The position numbers and the translations under genes are program-made. DNA of 64,000 nt, from NCBI RefSeq assembly GCF_006345805.1, contig NC_043003.1, forward strand, positions 68,820,001-68,884,000. The letters are read 5' to 3'. Shown here piece after piece: positions 11,776 to 24,399 of the stretch; the first letter of the stretch is position 1, and every line of letters starts with the position of its first letter. The notes beneath the pieces were generated by a model. The model was not told where the DNA came from. It did no database searches and saw nothing but the letters and a program-made list of their open reading frames with translations. Source of the stretch: Octopus sinensis. Lineage: Eukaryota.

Positions 11776-11813
11776 CCTTTTACGTTTCGAGCCTACGCTC
11801 TTCGACAGAAAGG
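11776..11813 (-). ncRNA. Minimal type I hammerhead-like motif with A6U core variant, in a separate PLE-derived fragment (~11700-11830)
   Basis: Minus strand reads CCTTT-CTGTCGA-A-GAGC-GTAG-GCTC-GAAA-CG-TA-AAAGG. All three stems pair. The core is CUGUCGA instead of CUGANGA. Confidence 0.65.
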
Positions 11814-12324
11814 AACTCAGAAATAAATAGGAACACACACAACACACAGACACACACACACACGCACGCACACACACCACACATACACACACACACACAC
11901 AGAGACAGACAGGGAGGTGGAGAGAGAGAAGTGTGACCCCCCTCTCTCTCCCCTCTCTCTACTTATCTATCTATTTGTCTGACTATCTATCTAACTATCT
12001 ATCTATCTAACTATCTATCTGTCTATCATCCTATCTACCTACCTATATTACTATCTATCTATTTCCATTGTCATGGAACCTCACCCCAAAAGACAAAAAA
12101 CAAAGTTCTATTCTTCTAAACGGAACCCCTCAAAAACATCTGTTTTATATAAATGAACGAGCTGTTTGTACATTCACAAAATTTTATTTAGGTTCGAGAA
12201 ACGAAGGAAAGCGCGAATAACGAAGAAAGAAAAATATTTTTTTCCCAAAATTCTGACGACTTTTTTCTCAACATATATACGTGTGTGTGTATGTGTTGGG
12301 TGTGTATGCATGTATATATCTATG

Positions 12325-12388
<64 letters not shown>

Positions 12389-13790
12389 GTATGTACTAAT
12401 GTATATATATATATATGTATTTTATACACATATTTCATTATATGTATGAAAACTGTCCGACTTTAAAATGTTTGCAAGCAAGAAAACAAAAAATTATTTG
12501 TTGTAGATTTATCCAAATTACAATCTGTTCTTATTTCCCTGTTTTTCTTTTTTAATTCAGTCACATTTTACACGAAACGCCTCTCTTCTATTCATCCAGT
12601 GACTCGTAGATAAGTTCTGCAGCCAATAACGACTCCAAGAATCGAGCTGATACTGCTCAGCATAATATTTTTGTACTTCGCGAAATAACAAAATTCGCTT
12701 ATACTAACACCTATAAGTGCCTATGGATATAATTGCAAATATTGTGAACAACGTTTATCAAACCTCAGAAGTTTATCGCTTCTTTAATATTACGTCTGTG
12801 AATAAAGCAATGCATTTTGCCTGAACATTGTATATGCTCTATATTTTTATATTTCTGATGATGTCGGTGACTATTTACATGCTCTCTTGACATTTCTCCG
12901 CTGTTCTCCATTTATTATATCTATCTGCGGTTTTAACATAACTAAATGCTAAATTATTTGAACGCATTACGTCCTATATTGATTCTCATTGCATTCAGTC
13001 TATCATTCATGTTATAAAAATGAGGCCTTAGAAAGGTTTCGGTCAAAAGAACTTGGTTACAAATTAGTAAGAGATAATGGAATTGTAGTTTGTCCTGTTT
13101 CAAATAAGCATATAAATACTAGCCAACCGAAATGTTATGGCGACAATTAGGATTTCTTGGAATATATAAGTCCGTGTAATCTGATTTACCAAACGATGGA
13201 GATTCTGAAGGTGCGTCCACATCAAGCATAATTCATTCTTAAGCAAAAGATTTACAGAAATTGTATTTCTTAGCCATTGAATTAGGTAACACATTTTGCT
13301 CATAATAATTTCTAAACAAATGTCTACAAAACCTTACGTCGATGGTGATTAAATTTAGAAGAAATATGTCAGAGGTTGCAAGTCGCTTTAAAAATATTAG
13401 TTCCAATACATTTAATATCAAATTGGAATAATATTTTTCCAAGATAATATTACACATTGGTATATTTTTGGAACATATTAACCAAAAATAATTCTTATTC
13501 TATAAGCAAAAGCAATGAAAAATTATATTTTCCCAATTCTTCTGGCAATCACCAGAGACATTTCTCCAAAATTGTTACAAGGCTAAATATTGTCTACCCG
13601 AGCAAGTGTACAGTAAGAACAATATAATTGTAGCACCATTCACCACATTAGCCTATCAAAAAAGAACGTTTATTAGAGAAAGTTATCTAAAATTATTTTT
13701 ATAAAGTCGACTTTTATCAATAAATTTTGCAATAATAAAGAGAGCGTGGTGAAAATGTTAAAATTTTAGTGTATTAATATAAAATGGCGT

Positions 13791-13995
13791 AAGGCGGCCA
13801 GCTGGCAGAAATGTTAGCACGCCGAGCGAAATGCGTAGCGGTATTTCGTCTGTCTTTAAGTTCTGAGTTCAAATTCCGCCGAGGTCGACTTTGCCTTTCA
13901 TCCTTTCGGGGTTGATAAATTAAGTACCAGTTGCGTACTGGGGTCGATCTAATCCCCCAAAATTTCAGGCCCTGTGCCTAGAGTAGAAAAGAATA
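13791..13995 (+). mobile_element. tRNA-derived SINE (family A, AGGCGGCGAGCTGGCAGAA head)
   Basis: B box GAGTTCAAATTCC. TSD-like AATATAAAATG at 13776-13786 and 13992-14002. Homologous copies occur elsewhere in the window. Confidence 0.85.
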
Positions 13996-14399
13996 TAAAA
14001 TGCTGTGAAACAAAAATGGATACGCCTGCTACCGATAAATACACATCAAAGTATTCTATAGTTTAAGTCAAGTGAACATCTTCGACCTTCCTGAATGCTG
14101 CTTTTGGCAGAGAAGAATGTGGTGACAACCACAATTGAACAAGTAAATCCACAAGGTTTTGCTCTATAATTAAAATTTTGCCCACGATGTCACGTCATAA
14201 ACTACATAGAGAGATACAGGGGTTAAAATTTCCCCAACTATACACTTTCCTGAGCAATGGCGAATGGATAGCAAGTCAACGTCGTTGAGAAACAGGGGTA
14301 CTGCTCCTTTACTAACCAAAGGTTTAAGTTAACTTACAACAACGGATGTTCAAGGGTAAGTTAATTGCCCTTATACACAAAATGTAGTCGGCTTTTGGA

Positions 14400-15250
14400 A
14401 AGCATTATTGCTTAAACTTAAGAACTACAGACAGCAATTTTGCATTCAAGCCAAATGCAGTATATTGCAGCATGGAATATCATTTCATCAAAGATGTAAA
14501 AGCTAAACCCCACAATGATCTAGGGTTATTTGGGATAGGAACCTGGAATATAACAAAGTAGTTGTGAAGCTATTACGGAGTGAGAACTGTGCAAACTTCT
14601 TTCTTAAAACCTACAATACCCGCAACAGGAATCAAACGTTCGACTCTGTCTCCCACCCATAGATACTGGAGTCACTACGCTCATCAGAGTTCCGACTGCT
14701 ATAATCGATGCCGTTAAGAGACTGAAAACAACATGCTCCGAACTATTAACCGAAGCTTCTACAAGTGTCAATAACGAAATTAACGTCAAGAATATTCCAC
14801 ACAGAAAAGTAATTGCCACATTCACATTTTTCTTGATGGGCTGTACTCAGAAAATACTCTCGATACCAACAGACACCTAGAACCTGCCACAATATACACA
14901 TGGGTCTTAGGAATAGAGTTGATAAAAATAGGTATTCATATCTCGTAGTCAATTAATGGAAGACAGATGCTCACTGAAGAATGCTAAGCAATATGGATAC
15001 CAATAACATTGTTAGCTTGTCTATCACGACTGTCTCTAATGATAAATGCTAAAAGTAATTCAAAATGAGAATATTGCATATGTTGATGTTCTGAATAAAT
15101 CTAGTGAAAACAGATTTTCATAAGCTTGGAAATCTTAGCTGATGGTATCCAATAAATTCGTATACTACAATGCCTTTGCAATGCCTAGGTTATTACGAAA
15201 TTTAGGATATTAGAATATCAAAACTGAAAAGATACTCAGTAAGTATATGC
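14400..15250 (+). pseudogene. Highly decayed R4-like reverse transcriptase
   Basis: Residual motifs across frameshifts: FDSVSHP*ILESL, PTAIIDAVKRL and THIF(L)DGL-like (cf. THLFFVDDLKLY). Confidence 0.5.
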
Positions 15251-15668
15251 GTAACACGAGTTCCAATCAACGGGGATGATGGGGCGAGAACGTCATCTAA
15301 AGATTGAAGGGAATTGCACCTGGAGATGCGACATAATTATTCAAATTCATTAAACTATACACTCTACAATTTGTACTGACTAATCTTTCATAATTTCACC
15401 GATTTCAATTTCTCTCTCCATCCCTATCCCTCTCTCACTCACTCTCCCTCTCCCACTCTCTTAGTCTCGTTCTCTCTCTTTCTCTCTCTCCGTAAAAAAA
15501 CATGACTTTTCAATTTACGATTTCTTTCGACATTCCTATGGGGCCTTAATGTTAGTTTTTCCCCTTCCCACCAATTTCACCTTTGTTTTTTAGTGAAAAT
15601 TTGTAGACTTAAGTCGTTTCGGACGGCTAATTTAATATACTGGTGCTATCTCTAGTACCCTTCATTAT

Positions 15669-15709
<41 letters not shown>

Positions 15710-15757
15710 CGCACACACACACATACACATGCATATATATATATATATATATATAAA

Positions 15758-16270
15758 TACAGTGTACATTTAAACACATAAGAGGTATCCATCATAGGAT
15801 TCCTTGCACGCTAGAGAGGACAGTTAAATTCCAAACCACTATTAGGGATAAAATTTCGAAGGGGATGAAAAATAAAAACATTTACCATCAAACTCCTGGA
15901 CCAATTCTTTCAGACTTTTTTAGCAAATAAAATAATTTGCTAGGCGAAGTTTTCTTCAGCAGGTACACCATAGGTTAAATATATATACACGAGGGAATCC
16001 AGTATATTCCCCGTGCTTATAGATTCTATTTTTTTTAAATCGACCGCGCAGGCGCAGCCCCATGTCGGCAGTAAATAAAATGCCGGCTTTTCAATTCGAA
16101 AATTATTCAGAAAAATTATAAATAATTAATAATAACAAGCGTGCAGGGTGTTTAAATGTACAGTGTATTTATATGAATATTGTATAGTCTATTGACTAAT
16201 TTCTTTTACACGCTAGGTCACTGGTAATGGAAATTACAAATATTTCTGATTACCCTTTGATATTATTAAT
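15758..16270 (-). mobile_element. Short non-coding HHR element, copy 1, with an inverted second 3' end
   Basis: Homologous to 16669-17000 and 18305-18735. 16148-16270 is an inverted copy of the family 3' terminus (cf. 18305-18420). (TA)n on both sides. Confidence 0.75.
15895..15963 (-). ncRNA. Type I hammerhead ribozyme (stem III partly mutated)
   Basis: CCTG-CTGAAGA-AAACTT..TAGCAAAT/ATTTGCTA..AAGTCT-GAAA-GAATTGG-TC-CAGG. Perfect 4-bp stem I, GUC triplet. Copy 4 preserves the palindromic CCAATTGG stem III. Confidence 0.7.
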
Positions 16271-16796
16271 TATATATATATATATATTATAAGCTAAGTA
16301 GACTGGAGCAACGTAAAATAGTGTCTTGCTGAAGAGAGAGAGGGGGGGGTAAAGAATTATTTCGGTGAAATAATAAAGAAGTACTCAGTTGTTGAGATTC
16401 TGTCTTCTCGTAATTCATAAATGAAAATTGATGCAAATCAATTGTTATTCATCAATTCTATCTCCATTGTCTGTTTTCCTTGAATATTGATAAACTGTGG
16501 TTCATATTTGTCATTACCTAATATCTATGAGCATTAACTCCAATGCTCATCACTTAATATAGTAATACACTTGTGTGTTCATTTGATACAAGTATACTTT
16601 AGATGGTTGTTATAACCTCAAGCTTAACTCAGCTATATATATATATATATATAGACACATACATAATTAGTGTACATTTAAACACTAAAGAGATGACCCT
16701 AACACGACACCTGACAAGGAACAGTCAAAATCCAAACCACTGTTAAGAGCAATTTCGAAGGGAATGAAAACAAAAAGCATTTACCATATTTTTTTT

Positions 16797-16865
16797 ACTG
16801 GACCTAGGTTTCGAACTTTAATAAACAAAATAATATTTAGCTAGGTGAAGTTCTCATCAGCGGTT
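16797..16865 (-). ncRNA. Type I hammerhead ribozyme
   Basis: AACCG-CTGATGA-GAACTT...AAGTTC-GAAA-CCTAGG-TC-CAGT. Perfect 6-bp stem II, palindromic ACCTAGGT stem III, GUC triplet. One mismatch in stem I. Confidence 0.8.
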
Positions 16866-17124
16866 ACGTCAACAATTCAGATATAAATAGCACTTGTCTC
16901 ATTTTATATATTATAATTTTTCAAATCCAACGCGCAGTCGCAGTTTTAGTCGGCAGCACGTAAAAATGTCGACTTCAAAATTACTAAAATCATATTAAGA
17001 AATATATACAGGGTAGGAAAATTTGCCGACTAAACCTGCGCTTTCACGATGGATTTGAAAAATTATAATATATAAATATGAGACGTGCTATTTTGTCTCA
17101 AAATTATTCGTTAATTTATTGCGT

Positions 17125-17205
17125 ACCCGCTGATGAGAACTTTGCATAGCAAATAAATATATTTTATTTTATTTGTTAATTAAAGTTCGAAATCTAGTTC
17201 CGGTA
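17125..17205 (+). ncRNA. Type I hammerhead ribozyme
   Basis: CCCG-CTGATGA(17130)-GAACTTT...AAAGTTC-GAAA(17189)-TCTAGT-TC-CGGT. 7-bp stem II; stem III weakened. Confidence 0.75.
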
Positions 17206-17435
17206 ACAAAATATGGTAAATAATTTTCGTGGCCTTTGAAATCGCTCTTAACCGTGGTTTGGATATTGACAGTTCCTTCCAAAATGTCAGGTGTCCTCTT
17301 ACGGTCACCCCTTATTTTGATTTTATTCACTTCAAGCTGTGCGGATAATATTAAACTGACTTTGTACTTCAGATTAAGTACCTAATTCAACTGAATCTCA
17401 ATTATTTCCTATATATATACACGCTCACGCACACA

Positions 17436-17476
<41 letters not shown>

Positions 17477-18031
17477 GAGAAGTGCAGTGTATGAATACAT
17501 GTAGTATGTGTAAGCGTGTGTACGTAAGTGTGTGTGAGTGAGTGTGCTGGTGTAAGGCAGAATTTAATTAAAATGGATCACACGCGTGCTTTTTTCTTAA
17601 CTTAGGAAAATGAAAAAGGATGAAAGACAAAAGGCAGGATTTCAGATCAGAAAATAAACGTGACAATATCTCACTAAATACTTTTATCTGACATTCTAAT
17701 GAAAGAACTACACACTCCTAGTAATCTATATTACACTTTAAAGAAATCCAAGAATAATATATCCATAGAATTGTCTGATATAAAACGCATGTTTTTTTTT
17801 TATAATTTCGTATCATTTTTTTCTAATTTGACAAATATCAAATTCCAATATTTTTTTAAACATAGTTACTTTAGGAAACTTCTTCCAGTTCACACTTACG
17901 TCTTAAATTTTCACATAACCCATCTGCATGAAACTTTATCTCCATATCTATCACAGCTAGCCAAAATCGTTTGATGCACATCTGCACACACATACATCTA
18001 CACATATGGACATAATATATCAGTACACAAT

Positions 18032-18078
<47 letters not shown>

Positions 18079-18201
18079 ATATATATACATACATACATAC
18101 ATATATACATACATACATACATACATACATAGACATATATTTATATACGTATATAAAGGGGATTTTGTATCAAATTTATATATAAGCATATATATATTAC
18201 A

Positions 18202-18274
<73 letters not shown>

Positions 18275-18304
18275 GTGTGTGTGTATGTATGTACGTATAT
18301 ATAT

Positions 18305-18817
18305 AATCATATCAAAGGGAAATGGAAATTAATAGAAATTTTCATCTCTAGTGGCCTAGCAAGTAAAAATTTAGTCCAGAGACTATGTATTAATCATAAA
18401 ATACAGTGTACATTTAAACACATAAGGAATCCACTCATGGGATTCAACCAGCTAGAAAGAACAGCTAGGTTCTATAACCACATAATTAGGGATAAAATTC
18501 GACAGGAGCGAAATTAAAAATAAAAACATTTTACCATCCAATTTCCTGGTCCAATTGGTTTCTGATTTTAGTTTAGCAAGTAAATAACTTTTACTCGCGA
18601 GGTGAAATCATTTTCAACGGGTACACCTTAGATTAAATATATAAACACGAGACGATCAACTGCGTCCCTCTTGTTTATACATCTTAATTTTTTCAAAATC
18701 TACTGCGCAGACGCTGACCTTCGCCGGCAATGAAAAATTAAAAGTTGGTATTTCTTTATTGCCGGCGAAGGACTGCGTCTGCGCAGTAGATTTTGAAAAA
18801 AATAAGATGTATAAACA
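18305..18817 (-). mobile_element. Short HHR element, copy 4 (decayed core), with a near-perfect 5' hairpin
   Basis: Homologous to copies 1-3. The HHR core has decayed to TTGAAAA, but GAAACCAATTGG is retained. Inverted arms of ~60 bp at 18672-18731 and 18758-18817. Confidence 0.75.
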
Positions 18818-18821
18818 TCTT

Positions 18822-19080
18822 ATTATTCCTCTCCTCCGATTGATGCGACCCCACCAAAATTGTCGATGTCTCCATCTAGTGTATGATGGAATTTCACACT
18901 GCTGCCCTTAACAGTGCCTCATGTCGAGCCATTGGTTCGCCTGGAATTGTGGATAGGGGAGTGTCCGGTTTCTTTTTGAAAACTTCCACATCTATATCGT
19001 ATAAGTTTCTCAATTATTTTGGCAGAGCATTGAGGAGCTGTGGTCCCCTGAACCCTAGGCTATTGCAGTACCTTGGTTCT
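18822..19080 (-). mobile_element. CR1/L2-type LINE 3' end
   Basis: Minus strand reads SLGFRGPQLLNALPK*LRNL..DVEVFKKKPD..LSTIPGEP..RAA..NSII, then a TAATAA tail. Confidence 0.65.
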
Positions 19081-19107
19081 TATATTATATTATATATACA
19101 TACATAT

Positions 19108-19172
<65 letters not shown>

Positions 19173-19419
19173 TGTTGTACCCGTCCACCAGAACTTTCTC
19201 TCACTCTTTCTTCCTGTTTCTGCTGTAACTGTATTTCAAACGGCCACCGTTGTCGCACAGTGTGTCACGCTGAATCTCGTCGAGAACTACGTTAAGGGTA
19301 CGCGTATCTGTGCAGTGCTCACCGCTTACACGTTAATTAGACGAGCAGGCTGTTCCGTCGTTCGGATCAGCTGGACCCTCGTCGTGGCAACTGTCGGAGT
19401 GCCACTTATATACATACAT

Positions 19420-19459
<40 letters not shown>

Positions 19460-19461
19460 AG

Positions 19462-19503
<42 letters not shown>

Positions 19504-20165
19504 GATAAACATACATTCATATATATATATATATATATAATATATATATATATAATATAACATGAACGCATATCATATATATGTTGAGAGAGAGAGAGAG
19601 AATAAGCATAGGTATAATTATACTTTGCTACCTTTTATCTATCTCTTCTCTTCTCTCTTCACTCTTCTCTCTTCTTTCATACATGTTTGTACGTGCGCAT
19701 TTGATATTCCTTTTTGTTTTGTCTTTCTTATTTGTATTGTTGTAGTCTTGATTTTCAATCTTGTACCATTATCTACGTGATACATTTATTCTCTTTCTTG
19801 TCACGCTTCTTGTCGTTTCTCCTCATTTCCTTTTCCGACACAATCGGTGTCTGACTGTTAACACACTTTCACATAAAGACACATCTCTCTTGCTCCCACA
19901 ATCGCTATCATCTCGCCGTGTTCAAACTGTCTCCTACATTCGCCTTCTTTCGAAATAGATGAGAGAAAAGATATGGTGGAGAGGGGGAAACCCATCGAAA
20001 GACAGAGAGAGAGAGAGAGAGACTTAGCAAGCAAAGAGAGGGATATAGGAAGGCAATAGCAGAGAAATGGATAGGGCTATATATAATAAAAAATTTATAC
20101 AAAACTATACCTCACTAATAAGCATGTTAATCTATAAATGTACATATACACTGGTACAAAGATCC

Positions 20166-20197
<32 letters not shown>

Positions 20198-20470
20198 CGT
20201 GTGTGTATACATATATATGTACATACATGTATGTATGTATACATAAATATATACAAATATATATATATGTAAATATGTATGTATGTGTGTACGTGTGTGT
20301 ATTTCGTAGAAATAGAACAATTGCTTCTACTTTCTTATAACTTCCTCTCATCATAGGATTCTATTAAATTCATATATATATATATATATATATATAATAT
20401 GTACATATATATATATATATAATTATATGTACATATATATATGTATATATATATATACATATATATATAG

Positions 20471-20505
<35 letters not shown>

Positions 20506-20622
20506 ATATATATATATACATGTATATATATATGTACATATATATATATTATATAGATATATATATATATATATATATCTATATATATACATGTATATAT
20601 ATATATGTACATATATATATAC

Positions 20623-21018
20623 AGGAGTGGCTGTGTGGTAAGTAGCTTGCTAACCAACCACAGGTTGCGGGTTCAGTCCCACTGCGTGGCATCTTGGCAA
20701 GTGTCTTCTGCTATAGCCCCGGGCCGACCATGCCTTGTGAGTATTTGGTAGACGGAAACTGAAAGAAGCCTGTCGTATATATGTATATATATATGTATGT
20801 GTGTGTGTTTGTGTGTCTTGTGTTTGTCCCCCTAGCATTGCTTGACAACCGATGCTGGTGTGTTTACGTCCCCGCCACTTAGCGGTTCGGCAAAAGAGAC
20901 CGATAGAATAAGTACTGGGCTTACAAAGAATAAGTTCCGGGGTCGATTTGATCGACTAAAGGCGGTGCTCCAGCATGGCCGCAGTCAAATGACTGAAACA
21001 AGTAAAAGAGAGTAAGAG
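20623..21018 (+). mobile_element. tRNA-derived SINE (family B, GGAGTGGCTGTGTGGTAAG head, internal TA/TG tract)
   Basis: B box GGTTCAGTCCC, (AAGAGT) tail; closely matches 48163-48560. Confidence 0.9.
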
Positions 21019-21082
<64 letters not shown>

Positions 21083-21273
21083 ACGTGTGTGAGTGTAGAT
21101 ACGCACATACTATATGTATATGTATATACAGAACAACTAAAGAATAAAAATGATTTTTTGTTACATTACGATTATAATTACATTCTCAGATGTCCATCAA
21201 TGAGATTGTGTGTTAAACATATAGGAGGTAAAATATCGTGATAGCAAAAACAGAAATTATGCATATATATTTA

Positions 21274-21434
21274 CAGGTGAGGCTGTGTAGTAAGTAACTA
21301 GTAACTTGCTTACCAGCCACATGGTTCCGGGTTCAGTCCCATTGCGTGGCACATTGGGTATCTCCTACTATAGCCGCGGACCGACTAAGGCCTTGTGAGT
21401 GGATCTGGGAGACGGAAACTGAAAGAAGTCCTTC

Positions 21435-21475
<41 letters not shown>

Positions 21476-21540
21476 TATATAAGTGTGTGTGTCTGTGTTT
21501 GTCCCCTCATCAACGCTTGACAATCGATATTGGTGTGTTG
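21274..21540 (+). mobile_element. SINE family B, 3'-truncated
   Basis: Homology to 20623-20860. Confidence 0.8.
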
Positions 21541-22428
21541 GATCTTTTCCTTTAGATAGACAGGATTCAACCCAATTTCTAGTTAACTTAAACAATTTGA
21601 AACTTCGTATACTGGTAGAATGTGTCAAAAGAAAACATTATTTTCACTTGGCACTTTTGATAAATTTGTAATTTGTAAGTTTAACGTAGTTTAATTCTTC
21701 GAATTTTAACCAATGAATCGCCAGTATTTGAGCTCAAAACATTTGCTGCGTCTAAAAACTCAGGCAACATCCTGTTACTGTTTGTTTTAGTTTTTCGTCA
21801 CATCCGTTCCCTTCTCTCACTCAGTCCGTCTCTCTATTATCTACATATGTAAATACAAACATGCGTACAAACACTCATGTATATATATATATATGGATAC
21901 ACACACGTGTATATAAAAATATATACACACAATATGGGAATACATACATACGCATACAAGTATATAAATACACATACATATGTAAATACAAACATACACA
22001 TTTCATATAATCTTCCACATTCTTTGTACGTTTCACAAACATACACACACAACACATTCTACACATCTTTATACACACTCTCAGTTTCACTATCACACAC
22101 CATCGCACATCTTCAACAAGCTGCATGAAGGCCTCTACATCCACTGCTTTTCATTTCACTGTCCGCATAAGCATCACGTCTCCTACAAACTACATACATA
22201 CACCTTTATATATACTGTTATACACTATCGCACGTTTTATATACTCTACATATAGCCCTGTATACACGCTGTCATACATATCACATCTACACACCATATA
22301 TACACCTAAGTATATTTATATATCATTACATAATATACACCAATTGCCTGTAGTCTTGTGTATATATACGATTAAATCAAGGATATAAAAACCCTCGTAA
22401 AGGGATGTTAGCATTTTTTTTTCTTATA

Positions 22429-22472
<44 letters not shown>

Positions 22473-22957
22473 CGCACACACTATTGTACATCACACATTT
22501 TATACACACCACAAAGTCCTCTACTCTACAAATATTATACACACTTCATGTAGTCCTCAACATTGATTGTCCGTCCACACAGCATTCCCCGTTATACACC
22601 CACTGCTTGTTATCCTCTATATACACTAATATACACCACCAAAAACTTTCAACACACCATAATAAGCCTCTACGTGTGTCCCTCGTAGTTACCTATATAC
22701 ACTGGTCTATACATTCTCACACAATTTCAATATGCAACATACAGACTTCTACACCTTATTATCTATACCTATACGTTTCTATACACCCACACACATTTTC
22801 AATATACAGCATAAATATATATATACTGATATATATTATATACATAGTCAATAATTCTTGAGCAAAGCACTTCATTTCACGTTGCCCTGCAATCACCCCA
22901 ACATCTGGCATGTGGTACACCCTCCACCTGTTCAAGCAACACCAATATGATGGAGTG

Positions 22958-23008
<51 letters not shown>

Positions 23009-23044
23009 AATGTATATACACGTTCGGAGTTCAAATTCCGCGTC

Positions 23045-23278
23045 GACAAGAACGCAAAACATCCAGACAGTTAAGTGATACCAAAATGTGATAACAAAAC
23101 CTCCAGATAGACGATACAAAGAAAACACGGACGGGTCATTCGGTGTTTTCTTTCCTCAGTCGAGTTCCAGATTATCTTTGCAATTTCGGCTGATCGTCTA
23201 TCTGGATGTTTTGCTGTCGCTTCTTTGTATCACTTAACTGTCTAGATGTATTGCGTTCTTGTCTCATTTTGTATCTTT

Positions 23279-23280
<2 letters not shown>
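23045..23280. mobile_element. Short inverted-arm repeat element ending in (TA)n
   Basis: 37-bp arms at 23045-23081 and 23227-23263, plus inner ~20-bp arms. Body homologous to 33280-33420. Confidence 0.7.
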
Positions 23281-23345
<65 letters not shown>

Positions 23346-23714
23346 GTATGTATGTATGTATGCATATACCAATGCATATATGTGAATACATATGCGTGGG
23401 TCTTTATATTTTCGCTTGCATTTTGGAGTTTCAAGAGCATCTCTGTCTTTTTTGTTCTTATATGATTGGACAACAAATACGAAGCTTTCAAAGTGTAATG
23501 TGATTTACCGAGCATGAGTCCGAGACATCCTCCCCTAAAATCGCTAATGCTATCGCCTTCAAGTCTTCGGGAAACATCCCTACCTAGTCTCTTTTTGGTA
23601 TGCTGAACTTTTCACATCCAAGTCTTCTTCGAAGTATGTTATTGCAGCCCTTTGAGGATTTTATGGAAGGTCACCAGTAACAGAGTGTTTCCCGTGGAGT
23701 TCCCTGCCGACACG

Positions 23715-24345
23715 TACTTACTTGTACTTGTACTTGTGGCGACATTCACCCTGGGCGGGTAAGTCGGCTTCTTCTACCACCCTCGAAGCATCTGAAATCA
23801 TGGCAGCCCACGCACGACGGTCCTGCGCCAGTTCACTGGAGATAGCGAGCCAGTCACGGTTCCATCGGCACAGGCCGAGCACCTGCGGTCCCGTGAGCAC
23901 GGAGAGGTCCTCCTTGATCGTCGTAACCCAGGTCTTCAGCTGCCCGCCCGCGCGTTTCCGCCAGTTGGGAAGTGGAGTTGGGAGAAGGACATCACGGCTC
24001 ATTGTATTCGCCATTGAGAATTCATGGAAGAAGTTTCGTGGGAATATGTGGATTTCACAAGCGGTCCCCAACAATCCCGTATGTAGAGACATCCTGTTTG
24101 CCGCAGATTATCCGCAGACGCAGGGACAGAACGGCCGAGGAGCCGCCGGTTGCCGAAACAGACACTCCGAGGATTTTCACCAGAGCCCCGTCTGCCGGAT
24201 TGTGGCCCTAATACCACTCGGTGTCAGACCAATTCGCCTTGGGTGGCCCTACCAGGAACCGAAGTTCCCGACGGCATAGCTCTGACACTACCCGTTGCCA
24301 GCGTCGCCACCACGGTGAGGAGGGGATGGACTTTAGGGATGCTAG
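23715..24345 (-). mobile_element. RTE LINE 3' end joined to a GC-rich, non-RT-like upstream segment
   Basis: LLPTPLPNWRKRAGGQLKTWVTTIKEDL..WNRDWLAISSELAQDRRAWAAMISDA, then a (CAAGTA)n tail. Same family as 1981-2207. Confidence 0.8.
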
Positions 24346-24399
24346 CATGTGTTTGCTCCGCTTTTCAGTACTAAGCTTATGTATTTATTTTTGCTGTTG

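Larger units (their letters stand above)
16669..17330. mobile_element. Head-to-head inverted pair of short HHR elements (copies 2 and 3)
   Basis: Arms of ~300 bp centred near 17000 are visibly homologous in reverse complement but clearly diverged. Each carries an HHR. Confidence 0.8.

Noticed and set aside
12500-13700. Possible decayed coding sequence (ORFs 13100-13457)
   Set aside because: No motif I can assign; many stops in all frames.
14630-14700. CTGATGA...GACTC/GAGTC-GAA on the minus strand
   Set aside because: It lies inside RT coding relic (FDSVSH..LRSSE), has a 7-nt insertion and lacks GAAA; coincidental.
14604-14825. Hydrophobic, membrane-protein-like ORF on the minus strand
   Set aside because: It is the antisense shadow of a decayed R4-like RT on the plus strand.
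15758-16167. Tc1/mariner MITE reading (20-bp TIR-like CAGTGTACATTTAAACAC, TA flanks)
   Set aside because: Homology to copy 4 continues ~100 bp past the apparent TIR and the element contains an HHR, which fits an inverted PLE-type end better.
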